Source: a virus (Duplodnaviria; Caudoviricetes). Taken from it: a stretch of 64,000 bases of DNA. The notes under the pieces are model-generated. The model ran no database searches, was not told the DNA's origin, and saw only the letters and a program-made list of their open reading frames with translations. The position numbers and the translations under genes are program-made. The stretch covers positions 26,191-90,190 of IMG/VR virus record IMGVR_UViG_3300021387_000141, one strand, 5' to 3'. Below, piece by piece: positions 45,509-58,000 of the stretch. Each line of letters starts with the position of its first letter. Position 1 is the stretch's first letter.

Positions 45509-45883
45509 TTATTTTTTAATCAAAATAACCATAAAAATAAACATAATAACGCAGATAAAAATAGTAAGTAGGGCCCATACAAATTCTTGTTTAAAATCAG
45601 TTTCGTCTTTTTCTTTATCCTTTTCTTGCATCTGCTGTTTATTTTTTTTAATTTGGATTTGATTCTGTTTTTCTATAAATTTTTTATATTCGTTTTTAGC
45701 CCGTTTGGTATTTGCTTCTAAATCCTGAATATTTGAATCCCAAAACAGCATGGAATTGCAATGTGGGCAACCGAAGCCATAACTATAATCAGGATGATGA
45801 ATTTCTACCGGTTCAAAACAATAAGGGCAGGGTCTCCAGACAATATATTTATTTCCTTGTTTATTATTAGAAAAAATTGTCAT
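45509..45883 (-). CDS. Antisense moron: zinc ribbon, coiled coil, C-terminal TM helix
   Basis: CPYC/CPHC; AT-rich; start moved to ATG 45883. Confidence 0.7.
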   Translation of the reverse strand: MTIFSNNKQGNKYIVWRPCPYCFEPVEIHHPDYSYGFGCPHCNSMLFWDSNIQDLEANTKRAKNEYKKFIEKQNQIQIKKNKQQMQEKDKEKDETDFKQEFVWALLTIFICVIMFIFMVILIKK

Positions 45884-45917
45884 CCTGTATGAAACCTTAA
45901 TTCTTAAATTTTTAAAT

Positions 45918-45926
45918 ATTATAACA
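45918..45926 (-). promoter_or_regulatory. Extended -10 promoter for the moron
   Basis: TGTTATAAT on the minus strand, about 35 nt before the ATG. Confidence 0.6.
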
Positions 45927-46007
45927 TCAAAACTTAAATATCGGTGCATATAGAAGTCTGGTCATTCAGATTAGCACCTTTTTATTTTTTAATATGGAGG
46001 CATATCT

Positions 46008-49000
46008 ATGTCAGAACTTCTTGATGAACGTGTAGTAGAGATGCGTTTTGATAATGCTGATTTTGAGCAGAATGTGAATCAGAGTATCAAAACCATTAAT
46101 AAATTAAAAGATTCTCTGGATTTTGATAATGCCGGAGAAAGTTTTGAAAATATTTCAGCTGCAGCAGCGAAATGTGATATGAAACCGCTGGAAGATTCGA
46201 TCGAATCGATTTCAGTGAAATTTAATATGCTGGAACTCGTTGCTGCGAACGTGCTGAGTAATATTGTCAATAAAGTAGCGGATGCTGCTGTAAATATGAC
46301 AAAGTCATTAACTATTGATCAGGTAACCGCGGGCTGGTCCAAATATGAACAGAAGACGCAATCGGTTCAGACAATTATGGCTGCTACCGGAGAGTCCATT
46401 GACGTGGTTAACAACAAATTGGAAAAACTGATCTGGTTTGCGGATGAAACTTCTTATGATTTTGTCGATATGGTGAACAATATCGGTAAGTTCACTTCCG
46501 CAGGAGTTGATCTGGACACTGCTGTAAATTCAATGATGGGTATTTCCAACTGGGCCGCCATATCCGGTGCAGGTATTCAACAGGCCAGCCGGGCGATGTA
46601 TAACCTTTCTCAGGCAATCGGTATGGGATATGTTGGTATTCAGGACTGGAAATCGATTGAACTTGCCAATATGGCGACTATTGAATTTAAAGAAACAGTA
46701 CTTGAGACTGCCCTGGCTTTTGGAACTTTAAAACAGGAAGCTGATGGAACGATCAAAACTCTGGATGGAAAAGATATCGTTACCGCTGAAACAATGCGTA
46801 ATTCTTTAAAAAAGCAATGGTTTACCAGTGATGTATTAAATGCCGCTTTGGATCAGTATTCTGAATTTGCTAATGAGGTTTATGCATATCAAAATGATTT
46901 TGAGAAAAAGCATGGATACGCTATCACAGTGAATAACGCCATGCGGTTGATGGAAAAAGATGGTTATGTTATGGATTCGCTCGGCGCTAAAGCTTTTGCT
47001 AAAGCTCAGGAGGCGGTCACATTAACACAAGCTGTTAATGCTACAGCAGACGCAGTGTCTTCCGGATGGATGCGTACTTTTGAAACTATATTTGGCAATT
47101 ACGAAAAAGCGAAAAAGTTATGGACGAATCTTGCAAATGATATGTGGGATATCTTTGCCTGGCCCGGTGAAACTCGTAATAATACGCTGTATTCCGTAAT
47201 GGAATCAAATTATCAGAAAATGCTGGATGAGATGCCGGATGGAAGTGACTTTAACGAACGTTTGCAGGTAAAAATCACAGAAATTGCTCGTTCTAACGGT
47301 AAGACCGAAAAAGAAATTAAAGAACTTTGGCGGAATTTTGATTCTGTTGAAGAACTGCTTACCAGAGGGGATCTCAGTGATTTTTCTTTGGATCAGGCTT
47401 TCAGTGAGTTATTGGAAGAATATCACCGGGAAGGAGATCTTGCCGGAAAACTTTCAGCTGATCTAAAAAGTGGTGATAAATCGTTAAAGTCTATTATTAC
47501 TGCTTTGGCTTATGGCTATGGCCCATATAGTAAAGATGCTGAAAAAGCCAGAAAAGAAATTGAAAAAATCGGGTTGGATTATGACTGGGCCATGGAGATG
47601 GCTAATGCAGTATTGAATGGAGCCCAGATTGATTGGAATGCAATAACCAAAGATCTGGTAACCGAACTGGATTCACAAAAAAGTATATGCGATGAATTCG
47701 TTGCATATTTGAGTGAAAGTTTATCCTGGGGATATGATGGATTTTTTGGAAGGATCAAAGAACTTGGCGGCCGGGATAAATTAATGGGCGCTCTTGATAA
47801 TATCCTCAAAACATTTAAAAATATATATCGTTTGGTATTGACGACAAGCAATGCAATTTCTGAAAAATTTGGCGGAAATTCATTAATATTGAGTATATTG
47901 GATGGCTTTAATAAATTAACCGGTGTTTTTGCAATTACCGATGAAAAATTTGAAGCTATGGAACAAAGTATTAACGATTTCTTTTTTAATGGCGGATTTG
48001 AGACAAAACTTGTTGAATTTGTTGAAAAATTAGGTAAAGTAAAGAAATCGATTGTTGATTTTTTTCTTGGAAAAGAAACTTTATATAAAGGCAATTATTA
48101 TGACAAAACGCTGCAGCGTACCGTGAGTATTTATGAACGGGAAGGCGGTCTGTTTCAAAAAATTTATAATTTATATCAAACTTATATCGGTCGTTTACCG
48201 GAAAATGTTCGGGATAGTATTGAAAAAATCAGAACATCGATCAGCGGATTTTTGGGGGATGTTCCGAAAAAGTTTGAAGAATTAAAAACAAAAATCACTG
48301 AAATATGGACAAAAGTTTTTGGAGAAGAAACCGGAATCGGAACATATTTCAATCCTATTACAAAAAAGATTGGCACTTACACAAAACGCGCTGGCGGACT
48401 GATCGATGAATTTAAGCAAAAGATATTGTCTTTTGGTAATGGCGCTGTTGGAAAAGCAATTGAATGGCTTGCAGCCGGATTAAAGAAAATCGGTGACCTA
48501 TTATTCGGATATAAAAAAGATGGTGAAGATGTTCAGGGAATCATTACCATTATTTATGATAAAATGGCTGCCTTTTGGCAGATGCTGAAAGATATTGGGA
48601 AGGCAGTTGAAGATATTTTTGAAAGATTCAAATCCTGGTTGGGATTAGATTTTGAAAAAGTAGGTAACAGCAGCTTTTTTGATATTCTTTTAGGCAAAAA
48701 AGTTTATAAAACAAATGTGTATGATGAAAAACTTCAGCGTACAGTAAGTGTTTATGAACGAACCGGTGGCATTTTAGGTAAAGTAAAAGAAGCTTATTCA
48801 TCATTCGAAAAAGAAATTTTAAAGATCGCCGAATCTGCGGCATTTATTGCGATCAAGAATTTTATATTTGGTGATGAAGAATCAAAAATTCCAAATATCT
48901 TTGGCCGAATAAAAGAACCGTTACAAGATATCACTGAATTCTTTATTGGAAAGAAAATTCATAAAGGAACTACCTGGTCGGACGAATTAAACAGCTATAT

Positions 49001-52000
49001 TCCACTTTATGAACGCCAGGGTGGTTTAATCAATAAGTTAAAAGAAACAATACAAGATGTAACAGATTCAAATGCATTTAAAGCAATACGTAATTTTATA
49101 TTTGGCGATGAAGAATCAAAAACTCCGAATATCTTTGGTCGAATTCAATCTGTTATAGATTCTATTGCGAAATCAACAGCATTTATTGCAATCAAGAATT
49201 TTATATTTGGCGATGAAAAAGCTAATATTCCGAATATCTTTGGTCGAATTCAATCAGTTATAGATTCTATTGCGAAATCAACAGCATTTATTGCGATCAA
49301 GAATTTTATATTTGGTGATGAAGAATCAAAAACCCCGAATATCTTTGGTCGAATTCAATCTGTTATAGATTCTATTGCGAAATCAACAGCATTTATTGCG
49401 ATCAAGAATTTTATATTTGGCGATGAAAAAGCTAATATTCCGAATATTTTTGGCCGAATTCAATCTGTTATAGATTCTATTGCGAAATCAACAGCATTTA
49501 TTGCAATCAAGAATTTTATATTTGGCAATGAAAAAGCTAATATTCCGAATATTTTTGGTCGGATAAAAGAAACAATACAGAGTATAACCGATTCGACTGC
49601 ATTTAAAGCAGTTCGTAATTTTATATTTGGTGATGAAGAATCTAAAACCCCGAACATTTTTGGTCGGATAAAAGAAATAATACAAAGTATAACCGATTCA
49701 ACCGCATTTAAAACAGTTCGTAATTTTATATTTGGCGATAATGAGGGAAATACTAACGGATCCATTGGCATTTTAGAAAGAATCCAAAATTTTCTTCAAT
49801 CTATTTACGAATCCACACCTTTTAAAGCAATTTGGAGATTCTTTTTTGGTGATGAAGAATTAAATGATGGACTGAAAGAAGGTACTGAGACTTTAGATAA
49901 GACTGCTTCAAAAAGTAAAAGTACACTTCATGAAGCTTCACTTGGCGAAAAACGGGATCTATATCAAATCAAAGATGACAGCGGAAGAATGATACCATTT
50001 GAAGAAATTTCTTCTTCGAATAGTAAGTTAACCGGCTTTCAAAAATTATTATTGGGTATTAAAGAAAAATTCGAAGCTATTACTTCATCAAAAGCATATA
50101 ACGATATCAAAGAATTTTTCTTTGGATCAAAAAGAGCTGTCTATAATGAGAAATTCGAAATTGTTGGTTATGTACAGGATGCTCCGAATATCATTCAAAG
50201 AATAACGGGAGCTATTGAAAAATTACCGGAATCTATTCGGACGGCTAAAGATGCAATTTTAAATTTCTTTCTCGGTCCCGTAAATGAAGAAGGAAAACGA
50301 ACAGAAAACATTTTCAAACGGCTTCCGACTTATATTTCAGCAGCAAAAGATAATATCGCTGATTTTTTCATCGGAAAGAAAATTCATAAAGGAACTACAT
50401 GGTCAGATGAATTAAACAGCTATATTCCGCTTTATGAACGTGAAGGCGGTTTGATCAATAAGTTAAAAGAAACTTTTGAAAAGTTAAAATCAGAGCATCC
50501 CTGGTTTGCCTCATTTTGTTCATTCATTGAAACCCAGATACAAAATATCCGAAAGATATTCTCTGAAGCCGGCGGAGATATTTCATTGGCTTTTGAAAAT
50601 CTGAATACTTATTTAAATGGTGGGCATTTCAAACACAAAAATGAACTGGGGGAGATCGAAACAGATCTTGAAGAAACTGATGGTGTAATCACGAATATAC
50701 GTAAAAATATCGAAAAATTATTTAATGGCGGAAAAGAAAAATCAGAAAAATCGGTTTTGGAAAGAATACTTGAATATCTGGGAATTGGCAGAAATCGAGG
50801 ATTTTTAACACAATTACGAGATTTTATTGCTACTTTAACAGGTATGAATATCTTTATGATGACCGCCAATTTAAAATTTGGTGATTTTTTAGGTATACAA
50901 GTTCAAACTGGCTTAGAAGCATTTATTGATAGTTTAAAGGCATTAGCTATCTCTGTAGCTATAATTGCCGCGACGCTTGCAGGCATGACCATTTTTATAA
51001 ACTATTTGCAGACAAAAGGTTATGCCACTTTAGCTGCTGCTTTTGGGGTTATTACATTAATATTCGCACTGTTAGTTGGTGTATCATATTTTATGCAGAA
51101 AAAGCAAGCGGAATTAAATGCAAAAACAGCAGTTGTTCTATTGGTAGCATCAGGAATGATTTCTGTAATAAGTGGACTGCTGATAATATTAACCGGACTG
51201 TTTTTCGGTATTGTAGCGATACTTGCAAAATTTAATTTAATTGAAAATCATAAAAAAGAATTACTTGTTGCTGGCGGAGTACTCGCCGGTTTATTGACTT
51301 TTATTACATTAATAACTGCTTTCAGTGTAAAAGTCGCTAAAAAAGATGAAAAAATAAAATCTTCATCCGGCGTTTGGTTTGGTCTTGCAGCTGTGTTATT
51401 TGGACTTAGCCATTTTATAACAACGATCGCTATTTTATTAGGCGCTTTTTATTTATTCCCTAAAAATATGGATAAATTAAAAGAAGCCGGAAAAATTCTT
51501 GGAGGCTTAATCGGGCTGGCAGTAGCTATGGTAGCTGCAACTGCGATTTTAGCCAGAATTGCTACCGGAGGAAGAGGAACTGATAAAACGACTTTTGCAA
51601 TTATCGTAGCTTTGTTGGTTTCATTAAATAGTTTTCTTATTTCAGTTTCTGCTATAGTTGCCGGAATTTATTTCTTTATGAAAGACAAAACATTGTCTGA
51701 TTTAAAAACTCCGGCATTAGTGCTTGGCGGTATTATATTATCGGTGGCTGCATTAATTGGCTTGGTGCTTTTAGCTGTTAATAAATTCAGCAAAATAAAG
51801 TTACAGGAAAGTGATGATAAAAAAGTCGCAACGATCGACAAATCAGTATTTGGTTTATTGATTGGTATAGTTATTCTTGTCGAAAGAATAAAAACTCTTG
51901 TTGCTTTGATAGCTGGTATTGGTGCAGTTACTGGTTGGGAAAATATAGCAGTTGCTTTTGGCGGTATATCAATTCTTTTATTAGCTATTGCTGGAACAGC

Positions 52001-55000
52001 GGCAATATTAGGTTCAATAAAAAAAGTTGATGGCTCTGTTATAAAAAATCTGGCATTAGTTTCGTCATTAATTATTTCAATCGGTGTAATGGTATCCGCG
52101 ATTGTTTCATTAGTTGACGCCAATCCTGAAGTATCAAACATACATACATATGTATTACCTATTGTTTTAGCAATAGGAGAAATACTTTTATTAATAACTG
52201 CTGTATCAGGGATGCTTCAGTTTATAAAAAATGCTAAATTAAGTGAAATTAATAATGCAGATACCGTCTTTTTGATGATTTTGGGAACGTTAACGGTCTT
52301 GACTATTTTGATCGGGGCTATTTATGGCATTGCAAAATCCAGAAATTTAAGTGATTTGCATACAACGATTTTTCCAATCGTTGCTGCTATAGCAGCAATG
52401 GAAGTATTGGTCGCCGGTATTGTATTGCTTTTAAAATTTATTGCTAATAATAAAATTGATCCAAACCATGTTGGCACATTAGACCTGGCAGCAATAAGTA
52501 TTGTTTTAATTTTGGGTTTATTAGTTGCATTAGCAGCCGGAGTTTCAGCGTTTTTAGATCAGGCAAAGGCAAATAAAAAAGATTTTAATGGAAAATGGAA
52601 AGAACTGCTTCCATTATTTGAAGTAGTGGGCGAACTGATTATTCTAATGATTCCGTTATCCATGATGCTTTCTTCGTTAGGAAAAGCTAAAGTAAATGCA
52701 GAAACGATTGTCGCTTTTATGGCGATGACTGTTGTTATAGGAGCATTAATAATAGGTGCTAAAGAACTGATAAATTATGCAGACGGGTATGGTGATATAA
52801 AAACCGCCTGGAAGACTTTAGTTCCAATGCTTGAAGTTATCAGTGAAATCATAGCCATTACGTCATTGCTTGTAGTTCCTTTGGCCTTAATAAAGCATTT
52901 TGAGATTGACATAGCCGCTATAGGAAAATTTATATCAATGGCGGTGATTGTCGGCATTTTAGGTGCGGCTGCAGTGTTGCTTATTCAAAATATTGAAAAG
53001 TTCGATGTCGGTGATATGGAAACAGCATGGAAAACGCTGCTTCCTTTAATTGAAGTGATTAGTGAACTAATTGCTGTTGCAACTTTATTATTAGTTCCAT
53101 TGGGATTATTAAAACTTATAAAAATCGATTGGAAAACAGTATTTCAATTAGGGGCATTAATTCTATATTTATATGCATTAGTTGGTGCAGTAGCTATTTT
53201 GTCCACTATAGCAGTTGAGCATCCAAATATTGATAAATGGGATTCATTACTTCCATTATTAACTGGTATATTAGGAATGGTTATAGCTATTGGTGCTATG
53301 GTAGCTGTACTTATGGCTATGAATGCTGCGATTCAGCATTGGGGCGATAAAGTTGACTTTATAAAAAATTTTGGAAAAACATTCTTAACATTTCTCGGGG
53401 CGCTAGGCTCATTAATGGTACTTGTTATAGCCATGACAGCTCTCGGTGCTGTACTATATGCAGTTCAAAAAGGACTTTCTGATGCATTAGGAAATGGCTG
53501 GATGCTTGAAAGTATTAAGTTATTGAGTGATATGCTTCGTTCAATGCTTGATATTTTTGTGACACTCGGACTTGTATTATTGGGTATAGGTTTAATATAT
53601 AAGGTTGCGCCCGACTTAAAAAAGAAAGATTTTGGTTTTAAATCAGTTGCGAAAAATATTGCTGTAGCAATGGTCGCTATACTTGAAATAATAGCGGGAA
53701 TGGTGCTTTTAGGCGCTTTATTACGTTTGGCTCAAAAAGGACTTTCTGATGCATTAGGTGCTAGCGACGATTGGATGTTTGATTCAATTGATTTTATTGT
53801 AGAAATAATGGATCGTTTTTCAGGAGCATTGATCAAATTTTCAATTGCAATAGCGTTGATTCAGATTGTATTTGGCTTTTTGGATGGGATCATGGGAAAA
53901 TTAAAGGTGACTAAAACGCCATCCAAAGGTCTTAATATGGCAAGCATAATAGGCGGCATTCTTAAAGCTGTCGCAATAATAGGAGTGATTATTGCTGCTG
54001 CAGTAACATTGGGCGCCGCTTTCATGGGCGTTCAATGGTTAGGCAAAAAGCTTTTTAAAAACGCCGACGATAATTGGCTGTTTGATGCAATTGACCTGAT
54101 AGGTAATTTAATTGGGGCTATTCTTGGAAAATTGGTAGATGGCATTAAAAATCTGGTTACAAAATTCAAAGGAAATGAATCCGAGCAGTCGGTAAGTATC
54201 GGCGAAAAATTAAGCGGTTTTATGAAAGCCCTTGGTCCATTCCTGGAACAGATTCGCAGCCTTTCTTTATCTGATATCAATCAGGTTGCTATTCTTGGCA
54301 TGATTATGGCTGGGCTGTTTGCAACGGAATTATTCCAGTCCGCTGCATTATGGGCTGCTTCATTGCAACCGGACGGTGATATTGCTACCTTAGTTAATGG
54401 CTTATCGGATTTGTTTGGAGAAGATGGAGCAATTACCGGTTTTCTTACTGCGATCCAAACAATCAGTTGGCATGATGTTGACCAGGTAAATCTTTTAGCC
54501 GATATCATGAAAGCGTTGTTTGTCAGTGAATTATTCTCGTCAGCAGCTGCTTGGGCACAATCACTTCAGACTGGCGGTGATATTTCAGAAGTTGCAAAAG
54601 GTCTTTCAAGTCTTCTTGGTGAAAATGGATCGCTTACCGGATTTTTAAATGCTGTAAAAGATATTACATTAGGGCAGGTTGCCGGTGCACAAGCCTTAGC
54701 CGCAGTGATGGGCGGTATATTTACAGCAACATTGTTGGAAAAAGGTGCGGAATGGGCCAGCACAATTAAAACTGGTGGAAATATTGATACGGTTGTTAAA
54801 GGCCTCAGCGGTTTACTTGGCGAAAAAGGTTCATTGACCGGATATATTAATGCTGTTTCTAATTTGGATGGAAATTCGGTAAAAGGTGCAACTTATTTAT
54901 CATTAATCATGGGTGCTGTTTTTACAGCAACATTATTAAAAGGTGTAACCGAATGGGCCAGTACGATTAAAACAGGCGGCGACTTCAATACCGTTGTCAA

Positions 55001-58000
55001 TGGTTTGAGCGGGTTGCTTGGTGAAGGCGGTACTTTGACTGCATTTTTAGAAGCAGTTAAAAATATTGGTGAAACCGAAGTCAAAGGTGCTGGTAATTTG
55101 TCATTAGTTATCGGTTCAATTATGGCCGACGAATTAATGTCTAAAATAGCAGAATATTTTAGTACTTTTAATACAGGCGGTAATTTTGAAACCGTTGTTG
55201 CTGGTTTATCAAATCTTTTAGGAACTAACGGTACATTAACTCAATTTTTAAATAATGTCTCCGCAATTGGCGATGATAAAGTAAAAGGCGCTGAAAACCT
55301 TGCATCCGTAATGAATGCGATTATGCTTGCTGAATTTTTACAGCAAATGGCTACTTATGCGTCAACATTTAATACCGGCGGAAGTTTTGATCAGGTAGCG
55401 ACCGGTTTATCCAGCTTATTAGGTGAAAATGGGAAATTGACGGCTTTTCTCGATGCTGTTAAAGACCTGGATGAAAATGATGCCACAAGGGCTGGATATT
55501 TAACGGATATCATGGCCGCGATTTTTGTATCCGAAGTATTTGATACTTTAATCGGTTTTGCTTCTCAATTTAGCAGTGATGGCGGTCAGTTAGCTACAAT
55601 TGCAACTGGTCTTGGACAAATGGTTGCTGATTTGCAGCCATTTTTGACTGCAGTACAGGATCTTGAAAAAGATGATGTTACACGTGCTGGATATTTGCCT
55701 CAAATTTTAGGTGCGGTTGTTAATACTCAGTTGCTTACTGCTGCTGAAAAAATAACATCTTTTATATCCGGATCTAATGATACCAATTATGTTGAAATGT
55801 TTGGAAAGCTTACAAAAGAAAACGGCTTGGTTGATGGCGTTATAATGCTGGCTAATGATCTTCGTGAAAAGAAAGCAAATCTTTCCGGTGTTTCTGAAGC
55901 GGCAGATGCGATCGGATCCGTTTTTGAACTTCTTCATATTTTAAGTGATATGGCAGAAGTGAAAGACAGCACAACATTAATTGACCGATTAAAGTTTTGG
56001 AAAGATACTGTTGCATTGGACGATGCCGCAACGGCTATTCAAAAAATAGATGAAAAAATCGTAACGGAAATAGTTAAATTCCAGACAGATCTGCAGACAT
56101 CCGGTATTGATGCAGAATATATAAAGAATACTGTAGGTTTATATTTAGACATAATCAATACAGTCATGAATTTGGCTAATGCCAGCGAATCTGATATAGA
56201 TTTTATCAATTTTGAACAACTCGGTAAAAACATTATTGACGGATTGATATTATCGTTCAGTAATATGGATGACCGAAACCGTGTATATGAATCTGCATTG
56301 AAACTGGGTCAATACATTGCCGAGGGTCTGATCACTGGCGTGAATGGCAGTACTGACGCATTGGATACTGCCGGTACGGATATGGCGGATACAGTTACTG
56401 AAGCAACAGCTGATGAATTGGAAGTTGCATCTCCTTCCCGAGTGATGTATGAAATTGGTCAGTTTGTAGTTCAGGGTTTGATCAATGGTATTCACGCCGG
56501 ATCTTACGAAGCCAAAAAAGAAGCAGAACGTCTCAGTGCGGTTATTGAAGATGGTGTTTCCAAGCATGATATTAACATGGCCGGTGTCAATATCGAAATG
56601 GATTGGGAACTGGCTTATGGTAATCTGGATAATTTAAAAGACAGTGTTGGTAATATTGATTTTGAAAAGATTCGTGAATTTTTGCATGGGCAATATGATG
56701 AACTTCTCGGTACGGAATACATAGATGCTTTTATTAATTCGTGGGCGGGAAAGTGGAAACAAATTCCGCAGATTCTGGATGAAACTCAGTCGAAAATTGT
56801 TAAAGGCATTGCCAATAATGAATATGGTTATACTCAGGAAGAAATCCTGACAAATCTTGAAAAAGAACTGGGTTCGGCAGAAGATGCTCAGAAAGCATGG
56901 CAGAATTATAACGATGTTCTTGCAGATAATATTAAGCTTAATCAGGAAAATGCTAAAGAACAGGTCGCCAGTGCTCAGATGACCAAAGAGGAATACGCTG
57001 AGATCGAGCGTCTGTTTAACGAAGCACATTCCGGAAAGTACGATGCTCAAAATGGTGATACCCGGGTTGACCGTCTGGTCAAAGAAGCCGGCGCCACTAG
57101 AGAACAGGCTGAACTTGTTCAGCGTATGCTGAATGATCAATATGAATACGGCCTTAGTCCATCTTATGTCAGAGCCGAAAAGCAATTGAAGGAACTGCGT
57201 GAAGAGGAAGAAGCTCGGAGAAAAACTGCTGCAGAAACAAGTAAAGCCGCTGAAACTACTGCAGAAAGCATGACTGATGCTACTGACGGAATTGATGCTG
57301 CAACAGAAAGTCTTGATAATTTGAAAACAACAGAAGAAGCTGTTGCAGAAGCTGCAGACGATGCTTCTAAAAGTATAGTCAAGATCAAAGATTCCGCAAA
57401 AGAAGTTCTTAAAAATGTAGATAAAAAGACTTTGCAGGAAGGCTATGCTGCCTGGAAGGCCGGCAGGGATATGACTGCTGAGCAGGCCGAACAATTTAAT
57501 TATATTCGGAAACAAAATAGATTACAAAATCTTGGTTCCCGTGGGCAAAGAGATGCTTTTTATAAAGAACTCGGGTTCGATCCTAAAGACGCAAATGATT
57601 TCTTTAATAATGCAGATCCGTATCAGAATGCCCGCAGACGCATGGAAGGCAATGCTGAGTCCTATTCTCGTGTTGTAGAAAAAGAAACGGAAGCTGCAAA
57701 AAAAGCTGCCGAAGCTAAAGGCTCGATTAAAGACACACTGGATTATATTGAAGAAAATGAAAGCTCTGATCTGGAAAAGAATAAGAAAATGTATCAGGAA
57801 GCTTTCAAAGATACAGATGATTTATTGAATGCTGCTTTTGATCGGATGCGTAAGGGAGAAAAATTGACTGAAGATCAGGTAGATTTTCTCTATGAATTCC
57901 AGAAAGCAATTGGTACAGACATTTTTGGATCAGGTAAAGATCGGCGAAAAGAATTCAAATCACTTGGTATTTCAGAAGAAAATCTGGATATGGCCATGCG

